Positions 46,255 through 54,137 of a stretch of DNA of 64,000 bases are shown piece by piece; position 1 is the first letter of the stretch, and each line of letters begins with the position of its first letter. The position numbers were made by a program, and so were the translations under genes. Where the stretch lies: IMG/VR virus record IMGVR_UViG_3300020045_003390, positions 1 to 64,000 of that record; one strand, 5' to 3'. The notes under the pieces were generated by a model that ran no database searches, was not told where the DNA came from, and was given only the letters and a program-made list of their open reading frames with translations. This DNA is from a virus. Taxonomy: Duplodnaviria; Caudoviricetes.

Positions 46255-46433
46255 TCTTCCTCCTTCTCTAATACTTCACAATCTTTCTTGAGCACAATAT
46301 TCAAGCATCCGTATTCATTCCTCTCACGGCACCAGAATACATCATGACTAATACGTTGTACGTCAAAGATTTCTCCAACGTGAGAACTGTACCAGAACAT
46401 ACTATCGCTGCAATCAATGATTTTGATTTTCAT
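46251..46433 (-). CDS. hypothetical protein
   Basis: MKIKIIDCSDSMFWY..., coupled to the phosphoesterase stop. Confidence 0.6.
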   Translation of the reverse strand: MKIKIIDCSDSMFWYSSHVGEIFDVQRISHDVFWCRERNEYGCLNIVLKKDCEVLEKEEE

Positions 46434-47296
46434 TCTGGTCCTTTCCAACACCCCGAAGGAAGCAATACCATTGGCTCGACAATTGGGAGTGAATCAATAA
46501 TTAGTCCAGTTCCAATCAACTGCTTTTTGACATTCACATTAGAGTAAGCGTATGCATAAGAGTCACGATCAATTAAACAACCACATTGTAAACCAAAATA
46601 CAGCCCAGTTGGGTTAGCCCAATATTTAGCTCCAAGATCACAGTGGTAATGTCCTTGTACAGCACTCATCCCCATTAGCTGTGACAACTTTAGAACATCT
46701 GCTGCTTTACCATGATGCACATAACATTGTGTACCATCAGGCAAAGTAAGTGTCATATCAAAGTGCCACTTCCATCCAGACCCTACACCCAACACATCTT
46801 GATAACTCTTAATGTAATGCTTAGGAATACCATTAGTCTTCGCTTTACGCCACACAAGACTACCATGATTGGACTCTAGGATATCCATCTTTGGAAAGAT
46901 TTCTTCAAGTTCTTGAATGAACGGAAGGCTTACTTTCAGCTCATGTCCTGGGGAATAAAGGTCAGGGTCTTTCTCATGATAACTTAAACTATGTTGGTCC
47001 AATTCATCACCCAAGCAAATCACGCGTGTTGGATTGTACTTCTGTTTGAGGTGTAGGAGAAATGCAAAGCTGTCCTGATGATGAAAAGGTATGTGTAAGT
47101 CTGAAATGAAAAGAATTCTAGAATTATCTTCTTTGCTCTGGTTTACTTTGGTATTCTTATTTCCCGAATTCAGAATGTTGCAAACACTACTCTTCTTACT
47201 CTCTGACCCAAGAACAATCTTAGCAATCTCCCGAGAAGAAAATCCAAGTTCACTCAGAGCTTTAATTTTATCTTTTGTTTCTTGTGGATGTTGCAA
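46430..47296 (-). CDS. HTH-fused calcineurin-like metallophosphoesterase
   Basis: GFSSREIAK HTH; ISDLHIP, LGDELD, SNHG, HHG, GHYH. Confidence 0.85.
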   Translation of the reverse strand: MQHPQETKDKIKALSELGFSSREIAKIVLGSESKKSSVCNILNSGNKNTKVNQSKEDNSRILFISDLHIPFHHQDSFAFLLHLKQKYNPTRVICLGDELDQHSLSYHEKDPDLYSPGHELKVSLPFIQELEEIFPKMDILESNHGSLVWRKAKTNGIPKHYIKSYQDVLGVGSGWKWHFDMTLTLPDGTQCYVHHGKAADVLKLSQLMGMSAVQGHYHCDLGAKYWANPTGLYFGLQCGCLIDRDSYAYAYSNVNVKKQLIGTGLIIDSLPIVEPMVLLPSGCWKGPE

Positions 47297-47299
47297 GTC

Positions 47300-47518
47300 T
47301 CACTCCTCTTCAAATGTAGTAATATTAGCTAGTGGGTAGTCTTCAATGCCATAATGATTAAGGGAGATATTAATCCCTACGCTATTATTTTCAATATCAT
47401 ATCCACACCCACGAAGAAACTTCACAAACTGATCCAAGGCTAGATACCACACTGGACAATCAGATTCGTGAGTGATAACAGTTCCTTCATCATCCGTGGC
47501 TTGAAATGTAAGTTTCAT
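47300..47518 (-). CDS. hypothetical protein
   Basis: 72-aa ORF, FVKFLRGCGY motif. Confidence 0.65.
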   Translation of the reverse strand: MKLTFQATDDEGTVITHESDCPVWYLALDQFVKFLRGCGYDIENNSVGINISLNHYGIEDYPLANITTFEEE

Positions 47519-48018
47519 TTATCTTTCCTTTCTTGAATTAACTTCTTTACTTCTGCAAACGTAAACTTCCTAGTCATCAAGGCCGAACGAAAAAGTTTCT
47601 TACGTTCAGTTGCATTACTACCTTGAGGTTGTCCCAGTAAGTGCAGGACTTCTTTCTTTTGTCCTTCTGGGAGTTTATTGAACAATATTCCAGACTTCTT
47701 CAACCACTGATCATGCCGAAAGCGTTTATCATGAGGTCTTTCGAGAAACGTCGCACACTGCCTCAAGAACTCCGATATTGTACCACTAAACCACCACGAC
47801 ATGTAACGTTTAAAATTATTTTCTATGACACCTAGTAGACTATTTGCTGCTCTACTAGTAACACCACGAACAAACATTTCGTCATCGTGAGCATGTTCCA
47901 AAATTGCTTGGGACTTATCTAATGGTAAACCTGTTAGTGCACACTTGTTTCCTTGCTCTTTCAGGAGTAAGTCTCGAACTTCTGCTTTATCTTTGGGGCT
48001 GTACAACTCACGAGTCAT
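47515..48018 (-). CDS. endonuclease VII-like resolvase
   Basis: QGNKCALTG...LEHAH...VRG...AN..LG. Confidence 0.8.
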   Translation of the reverse strand: MTRELYSPKDKAEVRDLLLKEQGNKCALTGLPLDKSQAILEHAHDDEMFVRGVTSRAANSLLGVIENNFKRYMSWWFSGTISEFLRQCATFLERPHDKRFRHDQWLKKSGILFNKLPEGQKKEVLHLLGQPQGSNATERKKLFRSALMTRKFTFAEVKKLIQERKDK

Positions 48019-48215
48019 ACACTGAAGAACTCCTGCCAACCCTCAGAACCAAAGAAATCTTCTGCTGAGAGTGGGTCTAGAAAGTATTCAACCAAAACCT
48101 CTAGGGCAAGATCAACTTCATCAGTATCTTCATTTTCTGCTGCATCTTGAATGTACTTTGCAACCTTTGTGAGAATTTCACGCTTTGCTTTTGTGTTTAG
48201 TTTATTAATGTTCAT
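48015..48215 (-). CDS. hypothetical acidic protein
   Basis: LDPLSAEDFFGSEGW motif. Confidence 0.65.
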   Translation of the reverse strand: MNINKLNTKAKREILTKVAKYIQDAAENEDTDEVDLALEVLVEYFLDPLSAEDFFGSEGWQEFFSV

Positions 48216-48230
48216 ATTTCACCTCCAAAG

Positions 48231-48452
48231 TTACTCACCATAAACAACCTCACGCCAATTGTCAATCTCATCATCAGTTAACTGAATGTGCTCTACATAT
48301 TCAGCAACCCCTTGATAATTCTTGAAGAACTGCACAAACCAATATCCTCGTGGATAGTCATGGCCTTCGTGAACCACTTCACCATCTAGGACAACTACAC
48401 ACCAATCTCCTGATTCATCGTTGTTGTCAATGAATTTAATGTTGCTGCTTAT
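48231..48452 (-). CDS. hypothetical protein with putative AUA start (73 aa)
   Basis: SD GAGGA-6 nt-ATA overlapping the upstream TAA; fills an otherwise empty gap. Confidence 0.6.
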   Translation of the reverse strand: MSSNIKFIDNNDESGDWCVVVLDGEVVHEGHDYPRGYWFVQFFKNYQGVAEYVEHIQLTDDEIDNWREVVYGE

Positions 48453-48649
48453 TCTACATCCTCATAAGCAAATAGTTCATTACCGTCAAAGTAATAGATT
48501 GTTTGCTTACCATTTCTTTCATAAGTCTCGTGGCAGAAATTCCCTGAAAACTGCCCGTCACTACTGTCAATTAATTCAGCATGTTCTTTACTGAATTCGT
48601 AAGTTGCTTGAACAGCATTACGTTGTTGCTGTGTTTTGATTTCAATCAT
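48449..48649 (-). CDS. hypothetical protein
   Basis: 66-aa ORF, ATGA overlap. Confidence 0.6.
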   Translation of the reverse strand: MIEIKTQQQRNAVQATYEFSKEHAELIDSSDGQFSGNFCHETYERNGKQTIYYFDGNELFAYEDVE

Positions 48650-49623
48650 ATTTCCACCCCCAATCCTTTAAAAGCTTTTCTAAGGTCAATCTTGTCACCT
48701 TCCCAACGCCTCAGATGTGCAAGTTGGAACATCTCATTCATTACATAAAACCAATCAATCTCGAAAGATTCGTTACGCCAATTGGTTATTACTTTTGGTT
48801 CCGGGTAGAGATATTGGAAATGATCTTTCATAGCAATAAAAGCCTCTGTGTCGTTCTTGCAATCCTTGAGGGCATTGTAGGCTGTTACAGGGCCGTTCTC
48901 TTTGTCGGAGAAGCAGTGTGCTCGGTAGTTATCAGAATCATCTGAACTACAAGCCTGATAGTACTTAAACATCCTGCCATAACCATCAACACCATCTGGC
49001 CCTCGCCACAGTTTACCAAACCCTCTGATTTTCTTCATGTCCTGCTTGGTGTAATCATACCAGTCACCGTCACAACCTTTGTAGTCCTTTTCAGCAATAA
49101 TTCCCAGCCAAGGTTTCTTTTCTTTTAATGCCTTATAAGCATCAGTCACGAGATGATCGTCACTCTCGGAACCGTTAGCTACTTTTGCATTATGATTTGA
49201 AATCACATAGTCTCTGCAAGCTGCATGATGTACAGGTTTTGGTGCAGTGCGGTTTCCCTTATAGGGAAGTAAAGTAGCAATGTCAAGTCTAAAGTTTCCA
49301 GTGCCCCCAACATAACCATAATAGTTCTTGCAATCAAACTTATCAAGAATAGCTCCAATAGTCACCTTTACTGTATGCAAGGCATTCTCTACAGGTTCTG
49401 GTGTAACTACACTCTGAATCTCAAAGTCTTCCAGTACGAAACCCTCTTGACCAGATAACCATCCACCAGATTTCTTCTTATCACGCCCATAGAATTCAGT
49501 GCGGGTATCAAAAGTAAAAACTTCTCCTGTAGGTTTGTGCAAACATGAAATACTATTCTTTTGTGCCATTGCAGAACTTCTGTGAATTACTGCATCGTAA
49601 TCAAAGCATAAAATCTTACTCAA
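48646..49623 (-). CDS. 5'-3' exonuclease (T7 gp6-like)
   Basis: FDYD, NFR..IAT..PYKGNR, ESDDHL, EKDY..CDG, SDDSDNY. Confidence 0.85.
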   Translation of the reverse strand: MSKILCFDYDAVIHRSSAMAQKNSISCLHKPTGEVFTFDTRTEFYGRDKKKSGGWLSGQEGFVLEDFEIQSVVTPEPVENALHTVKVTIGAILDKFDCKNYYGYVGGTGNFRLDIATLLPYKGNRTAPKPVHHAACRDYVISNHNAKVANGSESDDHLVTDAYKALKEKKPWLGIIAEKDYKGCDGDWYDYTKQDMKKIRGFGKLWRGPDGVDGYGRMFKYYQACSSDDSDNYRAHCFSDKENGPVTAYNALKDCKNDTEAFIAMKDHFQYLYPEPKVITNWRNESFEIDWFYVMNEMFQLAHLRRWEGDKIDLRKAFKGLGVEI

Positions 49624-49664
49624 TAACTACCCCCTTTCCTAGAAAGACCCTTTCGGGTCAATCC

Positions 49665-49907
49665 TTAACTCCGAACCTCCTCAATAATCTCCTGAATCTC
49701 TTCAGACTGTGCAAGCAACTCACCAGTCTTTGCTGCACAGATTGCTTTTGCAACCTTAGCTAGCAGGGCAGATTTATAGCCAATTTTCTTGGCTTCATCT
49801 TTCACTTCCCTTACCTGTTCATTGATCGAATCCTGTTCACTGTACAAACGAACCAAGCGGTTAACGATGTCTTTTTGTGATTGATGTACTTTTTCTTGAT
49901 TTTCCAT
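49665..49907 (-). CDS. GapR/DsbA-like dsDNA-binding protein
   Basis: RL..L..EQDSINEQVREVKDEAKKIGYKSALL pattern. Confidence 0.6.
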   Translation of the reverse strand: MENQEKVHQSQKDIVNRLVRLYSEQDSINEQVREVKDEAKKIGYKSALLAKVAKAICAAKTGELLAQSEEIQEIIEEVRS

Positions 49908-50025
49908 ATATTTCTCCTTTAAATTAATCCTTTAAATTACAGAATGTAAGCCAGTGAACTTAACAGTGGACTAAAATAAATTATAACCGACACCACAGCC
50001 ACCACTGCACCAACAATAAGATACT

Positions 50026-50211
50026 TCATTTCTTGTCCTTAGTAAATTTACTCAATACCCACTCCCACACCCTAAACGGATAATACCCCACCAAAGCAAT
50101 CCCCGCTGCTGCAATACTCAGAACACCTCCGATGCTAATCACAGCAAGCAAGAAAAGAACAAAGGCCAGATATCCGATTACTACAATGAATGCACGATAG
50201 CTATTCATCAC
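50026..50211 (-). CDS. small membrane protein
   Basis: two hydrophobic segments. Confidence 0.55.
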   Translation of the reverse strand: MMNSYRAFIVVIGYLAFVLFLLAVISIGGVLSIAAAGIALVGYYPFRVWEWVLSKFTKDKK

Positions 50212-50423
50212 CGCCCCGGAATTACTTGAATAGCAATTTTGCGAACGTGAAGTTTTGCATCCTCCTCATATTCAATCAATGATGCATTACGAATCCAACG
50301 TGCAGTACTACGAGTCTCAAAAATATTTGAAGGCTCAATTCCTCCGTTTACCTCCACTGCCCATGCAATAATAGGAATTTCTCGTGCTGTTTTGGTGACA
50401 GAGTTTTTAACTTTGTTAGTCAT
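50208..50423 (-). CDS. hypothetical protein
   Basis: SD AAAGGA before MTNKVKN. Confidence 0.55.
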   Translation of the reverse strand: MTNKVKNSVTKTAREIPIIAWAVEVNGGIEPSNIFETRSTARWIRNASLIEYEEDAKLHVRKIAIQVIPGR

Positions 50424-50719
50424 TGTTCTTTCCTTTCTTTGGTTTGTTAGCCTTGTTCCACTCTGCGTTCTTACGCAAACGGTCTGCTGCACGTTTCTTC
50501 TCCGCTTCGTTACGCTCTTTGGCTTCTTTGCGCATATCTTCCAAAATCTCTTGTTCACTCATTACTTACCTCCTCGTTGGTTATTCATCCGTTTAACTGC
50601 TTCATCCACATCACGCTGAAGATAGAAAACACGAATGTTCTCATAGGCTTCTGTGTCGAAAATACAGTGGTAGCCATTTACAAATTTAGCCACGTAGCGT
50701 TCTTGATTGTTTTGCATGT

Positions 50720-51010
50720 TTACTCCTTATTAGCTAATTTAGCTGCTTCTTTTTGGTTAATCCAATTACGCAGACCTTTACCGTAAGAACCTGCTACAAG
50801 TTTCATCTTACCTTCACTGCAAAGACGATCACGGACTAATTGTCGAGTAGTTCGTTTACCTTGACCAATGCTTGCATTAGCTTTTGCCATAGCATTGGAT
50901 TCATTACGACGAGAACGATAGTCCTCAAAGGATTCACCCTCGTAGCGAGCTGGGTTATGGATATTCTTTTCTTCTTGCTTGGCGCTCGTAACTTCGTTAC
51001 TCTCTTGCAT
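50720..51010 (-). CDS. hypothetical protein
   Basis: SD AAGGAG; RYEGESFEDY..RR motif. Confidence 0.6.
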   Translation of the reverse strand: MQESNEVTSAKQEEKNIHNPARYEGESFEDYRSRRNESNAMAKANASIGQGKRTTRQLVRDRLCSEGKMKLVAGSYGKGLRNWINQKEAAKLANKE

Positions 51011-51056
51011 GTATTTTCTCCTTTACATTAATTCATTTTACCCTAAGACCCTTAGA

Positions 51057-51132
51057 TGGTCCGTCTGGAGAGATTCAAACTCCCGGCTAATCGTGTAGAA
51101 AACGACTACTCTATTCACTGAGTTACAGACGG
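51057..51132 (-). tRNA. tRNA-Arg(UCU)
   Basis: acceptor CCGTCTG/CAGACGG-A-CCA, anticodon loop TTTCTAC. Confidence 0.9.
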
Positions 51133-51225
51133 TCAATCTAAAGGCCCTAGAGCCTCGTATAAGCCCCTGAAACAATCTAGGCTAAGGCAGAGTACCTTGA
51201 ACCTAGAAAGTTTAACTGAGGGTGT

Positions 51226-51720
51226 TTAATCATCACCATAAACCCTATGCACTTTTCCATGACAACTGGTACAAAGCCAAGTAACCAGTAAAGCCATTTC
51301 AATAGAGTACGAAGAATGGTGTCCGTGAGGGGTACATTGCTTACCACAAAATTCACAAAAACCAGGCCTAAAGATTTTACCATCCCTAATAGCATTTGAG
51401 AGGGTGTACCTGCATACACTTTTGTGTGGGTATCTATCCGCAGACATCTTCTTAATAACTCTACTCCGTTTGAGAACTTCTGGTCTTTTACTATATTCCC
51501 TCTGCTTTTGAATTCTGTCAGACTCACGATCTTTACTTCGCTCTCTGTCATATTCCTGATAGTAATCCAATCTAGTTTCTCTGTTTTCACGTACATCTTT
51601 CTTATTGCACTCTTTGCACTTGTTAACATGTCCGTCAGCCATCTTTGGGTGCTTGTAAAAGTCGGAGAGTGGTTTAGTCTCTCCGCACTTGAAACACCTC
51701 TTATGTTCCTCTTCTTGCAT
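51226..51720 (-). CDS. Zn-finger HNH-like endonuclease
   Basis: CFKC...CKEC; CEFC...HGHHSSY...VTWLCTSCH...H. Confidence 0.75.
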   Translation of the reverse strand: MQEEEHKRCFKCGETKPLSDFYKHPKMADGHVNKCKECNKKDVRENRETRLDYYQEYDRERSKDRESDRIQKQREYSKRPEVLKRSRVIKKMSADRYPHKSVCRYTLSNAIRDGKIFRPGFCEFCGKQCTPHGHHSSYSIEMALLVTWLCTSCHGKVHRVYGDD

Positions 51721-51725
51721 TTACA

Positions 51726-52772
51726 TCAAAAAGGATCGGAATCCGAGTTTGGATCAAAATCATCCACAGGAGGCTTCGCAGCCTTCTTAGGAACAGCCTT
51801 AGCCTTTGCTTTCTCTGGTACTTTGACCTCGCCTCCATTACCATCATCAGCACCATCAGAATCATCATCCTGGGGTGTGTCTCGTTGGTTGTTGTCATAC
51901 AAAGCATCAAGTTGTTTTTGAATCTTGCTACCTTCGTAGTTAGATGCACGTTTGATTGTGTTCTTCACATGATTACGCAACTCCTTCAAGGCTTCAGGAT
52001 CATTGTCTTGATTGAACTGAATTAAGTTCTTTGCAACTTCACAATCGGGGGCTTTCTGACCACGCCCAAGACCACTCACGAACTTGATGTACTCTGTGAA
52101 GTATTCCTTACCTTTGGACTCTTTGAAGAACACCTGTGCTTCAAAACAGAAAGCCTTACCAACCAACTTGTCAATATCCTTTGGCAAGAAAGGTTCGTCC
52201 TTGGATGGGTCAATCAGCTTTGCAGCAGATGCCATCTGATAGAACAGGTGCTTCTTGTTGAATGACCACTGGTCCTTAGTGTTCTTTGTAACCTTCAGGG
52301 GAGTTGGGCGTCCCACGATCATTCCGACCTCTGGGACGTAGAAACTACCACCAAGCCACAAACGAAGAGGTTTTTCTTCAGCTTCTTTACTGCCAAAGAA
52401 CTGACCTTTGTCCAGCATGATATCTGGGAAGTCAACCGAGATTGCAACAGACTGAATAGGCTTCTGAGGCCACCGTTTCAGACGAACTTGTTTCTTTCGC
52501 TTTGGATCATTGGGGTCAATACCATCTTCAAAGTAAGTATTGGGATTCTTAGCAATCTCTACTGCTTCATCATCTTCATTACCTGTGAACGGAACTGCTG
52601 CATCATCTTGTGCTTGTGTGCCAAGATCAACAATAGAGGACACAACACCAACAAGAACCTCTCGATTCTGCAACCCTGCTGCTTCAACCACATAGTGATT
52701 CAGAGCATCAAAGTCAACTTCAGTTTTTTGTTTACCGGAACTAGAACCAGTACTATACGCATCAAAACTCAT
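51726..52772 (-). CDS. probable single-stranded DNA-binding / annealing protein
   Basis: acidic tail ending in DPF; position in the replication cluster. Confidence 0.55.
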   Translation of the reverse strand: MSFDAYSTGSSSGKQKTEVDFDALNHYVVEAAGLQNREVLVGVVSSIVDLGTQAQDDAAVPFTGNEDDEAVEIAKNPNTYFEDGIDPNDPKRKKQVRLKRWPQKPIQSVAISVDFPDIMLDKGQFFGSKEAEEKPLRLWLGGSFYVPEVGMIVGRPTPLKVTKNTKDQWSFNKKHLFYQMASAAKLIDPSKDEPFLPKDIDKLVGKAFCFEAQVFFKESKGKEYFTEYIKFVSGLGRGQKAPDCEVAKNLIQFNQDNDPEALKELRNHVKNTIKRASNYEGSKIQKQLDALYDNNQRDTPQDDDSDGADDGNGGEVKVPEKAKAKAVPKKAAKPPVDDFDPNSDSDPF

Positions 52773-52845
52773 ATTTACTCCTTTTAAAAATATCCCTTTT
52801 CGGTAGAAGGACTAACTACATAAATTCCTAACGAAGTAGGAAATT

Positions 52846-52920
52846 TGGTGCAACAGAGTTGATTCGAACAACTGACCAAGAAATTATGAGTTTCCAGCTC
52901 TTCCACTGAGCTACTGTTGC
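52846..52920 (-). tRNA. tRNA with CAU anticodon (elongator Met or Ile2)
   Basis: GCAACAG/CTGTTGC-A-CCA, loop CTCATAA, TTCGAAT; paired position 1-72, so not initiator-like. Confidence 0.9.
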
Positions 52921-52929
52921 TTAAACCGA

Positions 52930-52938
52930 ATTATAGCA
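52930..52938 (-). promoter_or_regulatory. extended -10 promoter for the tRNA
   Basis: TGcTATAAT about 10 nt upstream of the tRNA 5' end. Confidence 0.55.
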
Positions 52939-52977
52939 CAGATTTTGCAGGTTTACTCATCTATTTGATCTTTTTGT

Positions 52978-53343
52978 TTATGTGTTGTTTGATTGCAACA
53001 AGTCTGGTGTAAACCCATCAAGAATAAAAATCCTCTCCGGCATAGAAAGAGTTGAAGTCTTGTTGTCAACTTTAGATTTTTCTTCTTCGGACATTTCTTT
53101 GAAGTGCGACTCTCCTCCTGGATTGTAAACAAATTTGCAGTACTTTCGTGGTGCAGTTTTACCATCTTGTAAATTGACATCCCAATTCGGTTGTCCATAA
53201 GACGATTCAAGTTTGATTGCCTTAATCTTATCCTCAAGAACTTCCTTCACTTGGTACACAGCAAGATTTGCTGATCGTCCAACTGTAAGAGCATAGCAGA
53301 TGTAGTGCCCAACTTGGACTTCTCTTCCTAGTAGGTCTTTCAT
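52978..53343 (-). CDS. hypothetical protein
   Basis: MKDLLGREVQVG..I.Y pattern. Confidence 0.65.
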   Translation of the reverse strand: MKDLLGREVQVGHYICYALTVGRSANLAVYQVKEVLEDKIKAIKLESSYGQPNWDVNLQDGKTAPRKYCKFVYNPGGESHFKEMSEEEKSKVDNKTSTLSMPERIFILDGFTPDLLQSNNT

Positions 53344-53591
53344 ACCTTCTCCATATATTTCAAAGTTTGCCAGAACATAGGTGCAGCCATATCCATGAAG
53401 GTGTCTTTTGCAAGCGGACTCAAACGAAGTTCATCCTCTAAATAGAACCACTGAACTTGTGCATGATACGTATCCCCAGCGATTTCTTTTCCTAGTGCCT
53501 CAAAGAACGATGCTTGTTGATCAGCGCACATACTCCAGAAAGTCTTTGCCATCATTTCAGGCGTAATTTCAACTTCTATAGGAATTTCCAT
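53340..53591 (-). CDS. hypothetical protein
   Basis: start MEIPIEVEITPE with SD GGAGG. Confidence 0.6.
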   Translation of the reverse strand: MEIPIEVEITPEMMAKTFWSMCADQQASFFEALGKEIAGDTYHAQVQWFYLEDELRLSPLAKDTFMDMAAPMFWQTLKYMEKV

Positions 53592-53592
53592 G

Positions 53593-53967
53593 TTACTCCT
53601 CCAACTCTTTGATGTACGATTTGACCTTAGCAATGTTGCCATCTCTATCATTATCATAACCACCACACGACAAGTAGAATTTATCAGACTGCAAATACTC
53701 TACTGTAGTTTCTTCTGGTTCAAACTGTCCTTCAAACCCATAGCAAGAGCAATGGCTTCCATGTGTTTCATACAGATTACCGGACTTTCTATCTCTAAGC
53801 AGGAACCAAGATGAACTATCACAACCCCATGAGCCTACACTTTCGTAAGCCACAAGCACTTGATACTTCTTTACTTCGCTCAGCGGTACTTCATAGTTAT
53901 CAGAAATATGTTTATACACATCTTCTTGTGTGTAGGTTGCCAAATCTTCAAGATACAATCGTTTCAT
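53593..53967 (-). CDS. hypothetical protein with GSHCSCYG motif
   Basis: YE..GSHCSCYGFEGQFEPE conserved-looking motif. Confidence 0.7.
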   Translation of the reverse strand: MKRLYLEDLATYTQEDVYKHISDNYEVPLSEVKKYQVLVAYESVGSWGCDSSSWFLLRDRKSGNLYETHGSHCSCYGFEGQFEPEETTVEYLQSDKFYLSCGGYDNDRDGNIAKVKSYIKELEE

Positions 53968-53969
53968 AT

Positions 53970-54137
53970 TTACTCCTTTTCCAAATTAAGTTTATCAATT
54001 GAATTCTCCCAGCAAACCAAGGCTAACTCCATCAGGTCACATCTCTGGATGAAGAAGCGTTGGATGATTTCTCCTGATTCGGTTAGCTTGAGTATACAGG
54101 AGAATTTGGTGTCGTAGAGGTAGTGATAGATAGTCAT
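53970..54137 (-). CDS. small hypothetical protein (55 aa)
   Basis: TAATG overlap with the polymerase stop. Confidence 0.5.
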   Translation of the reverse strand: MTIYHYLYDTKFSCILKLTESGEIIQRFFIQRCDLMELALVCWENSIDKLNLEKE

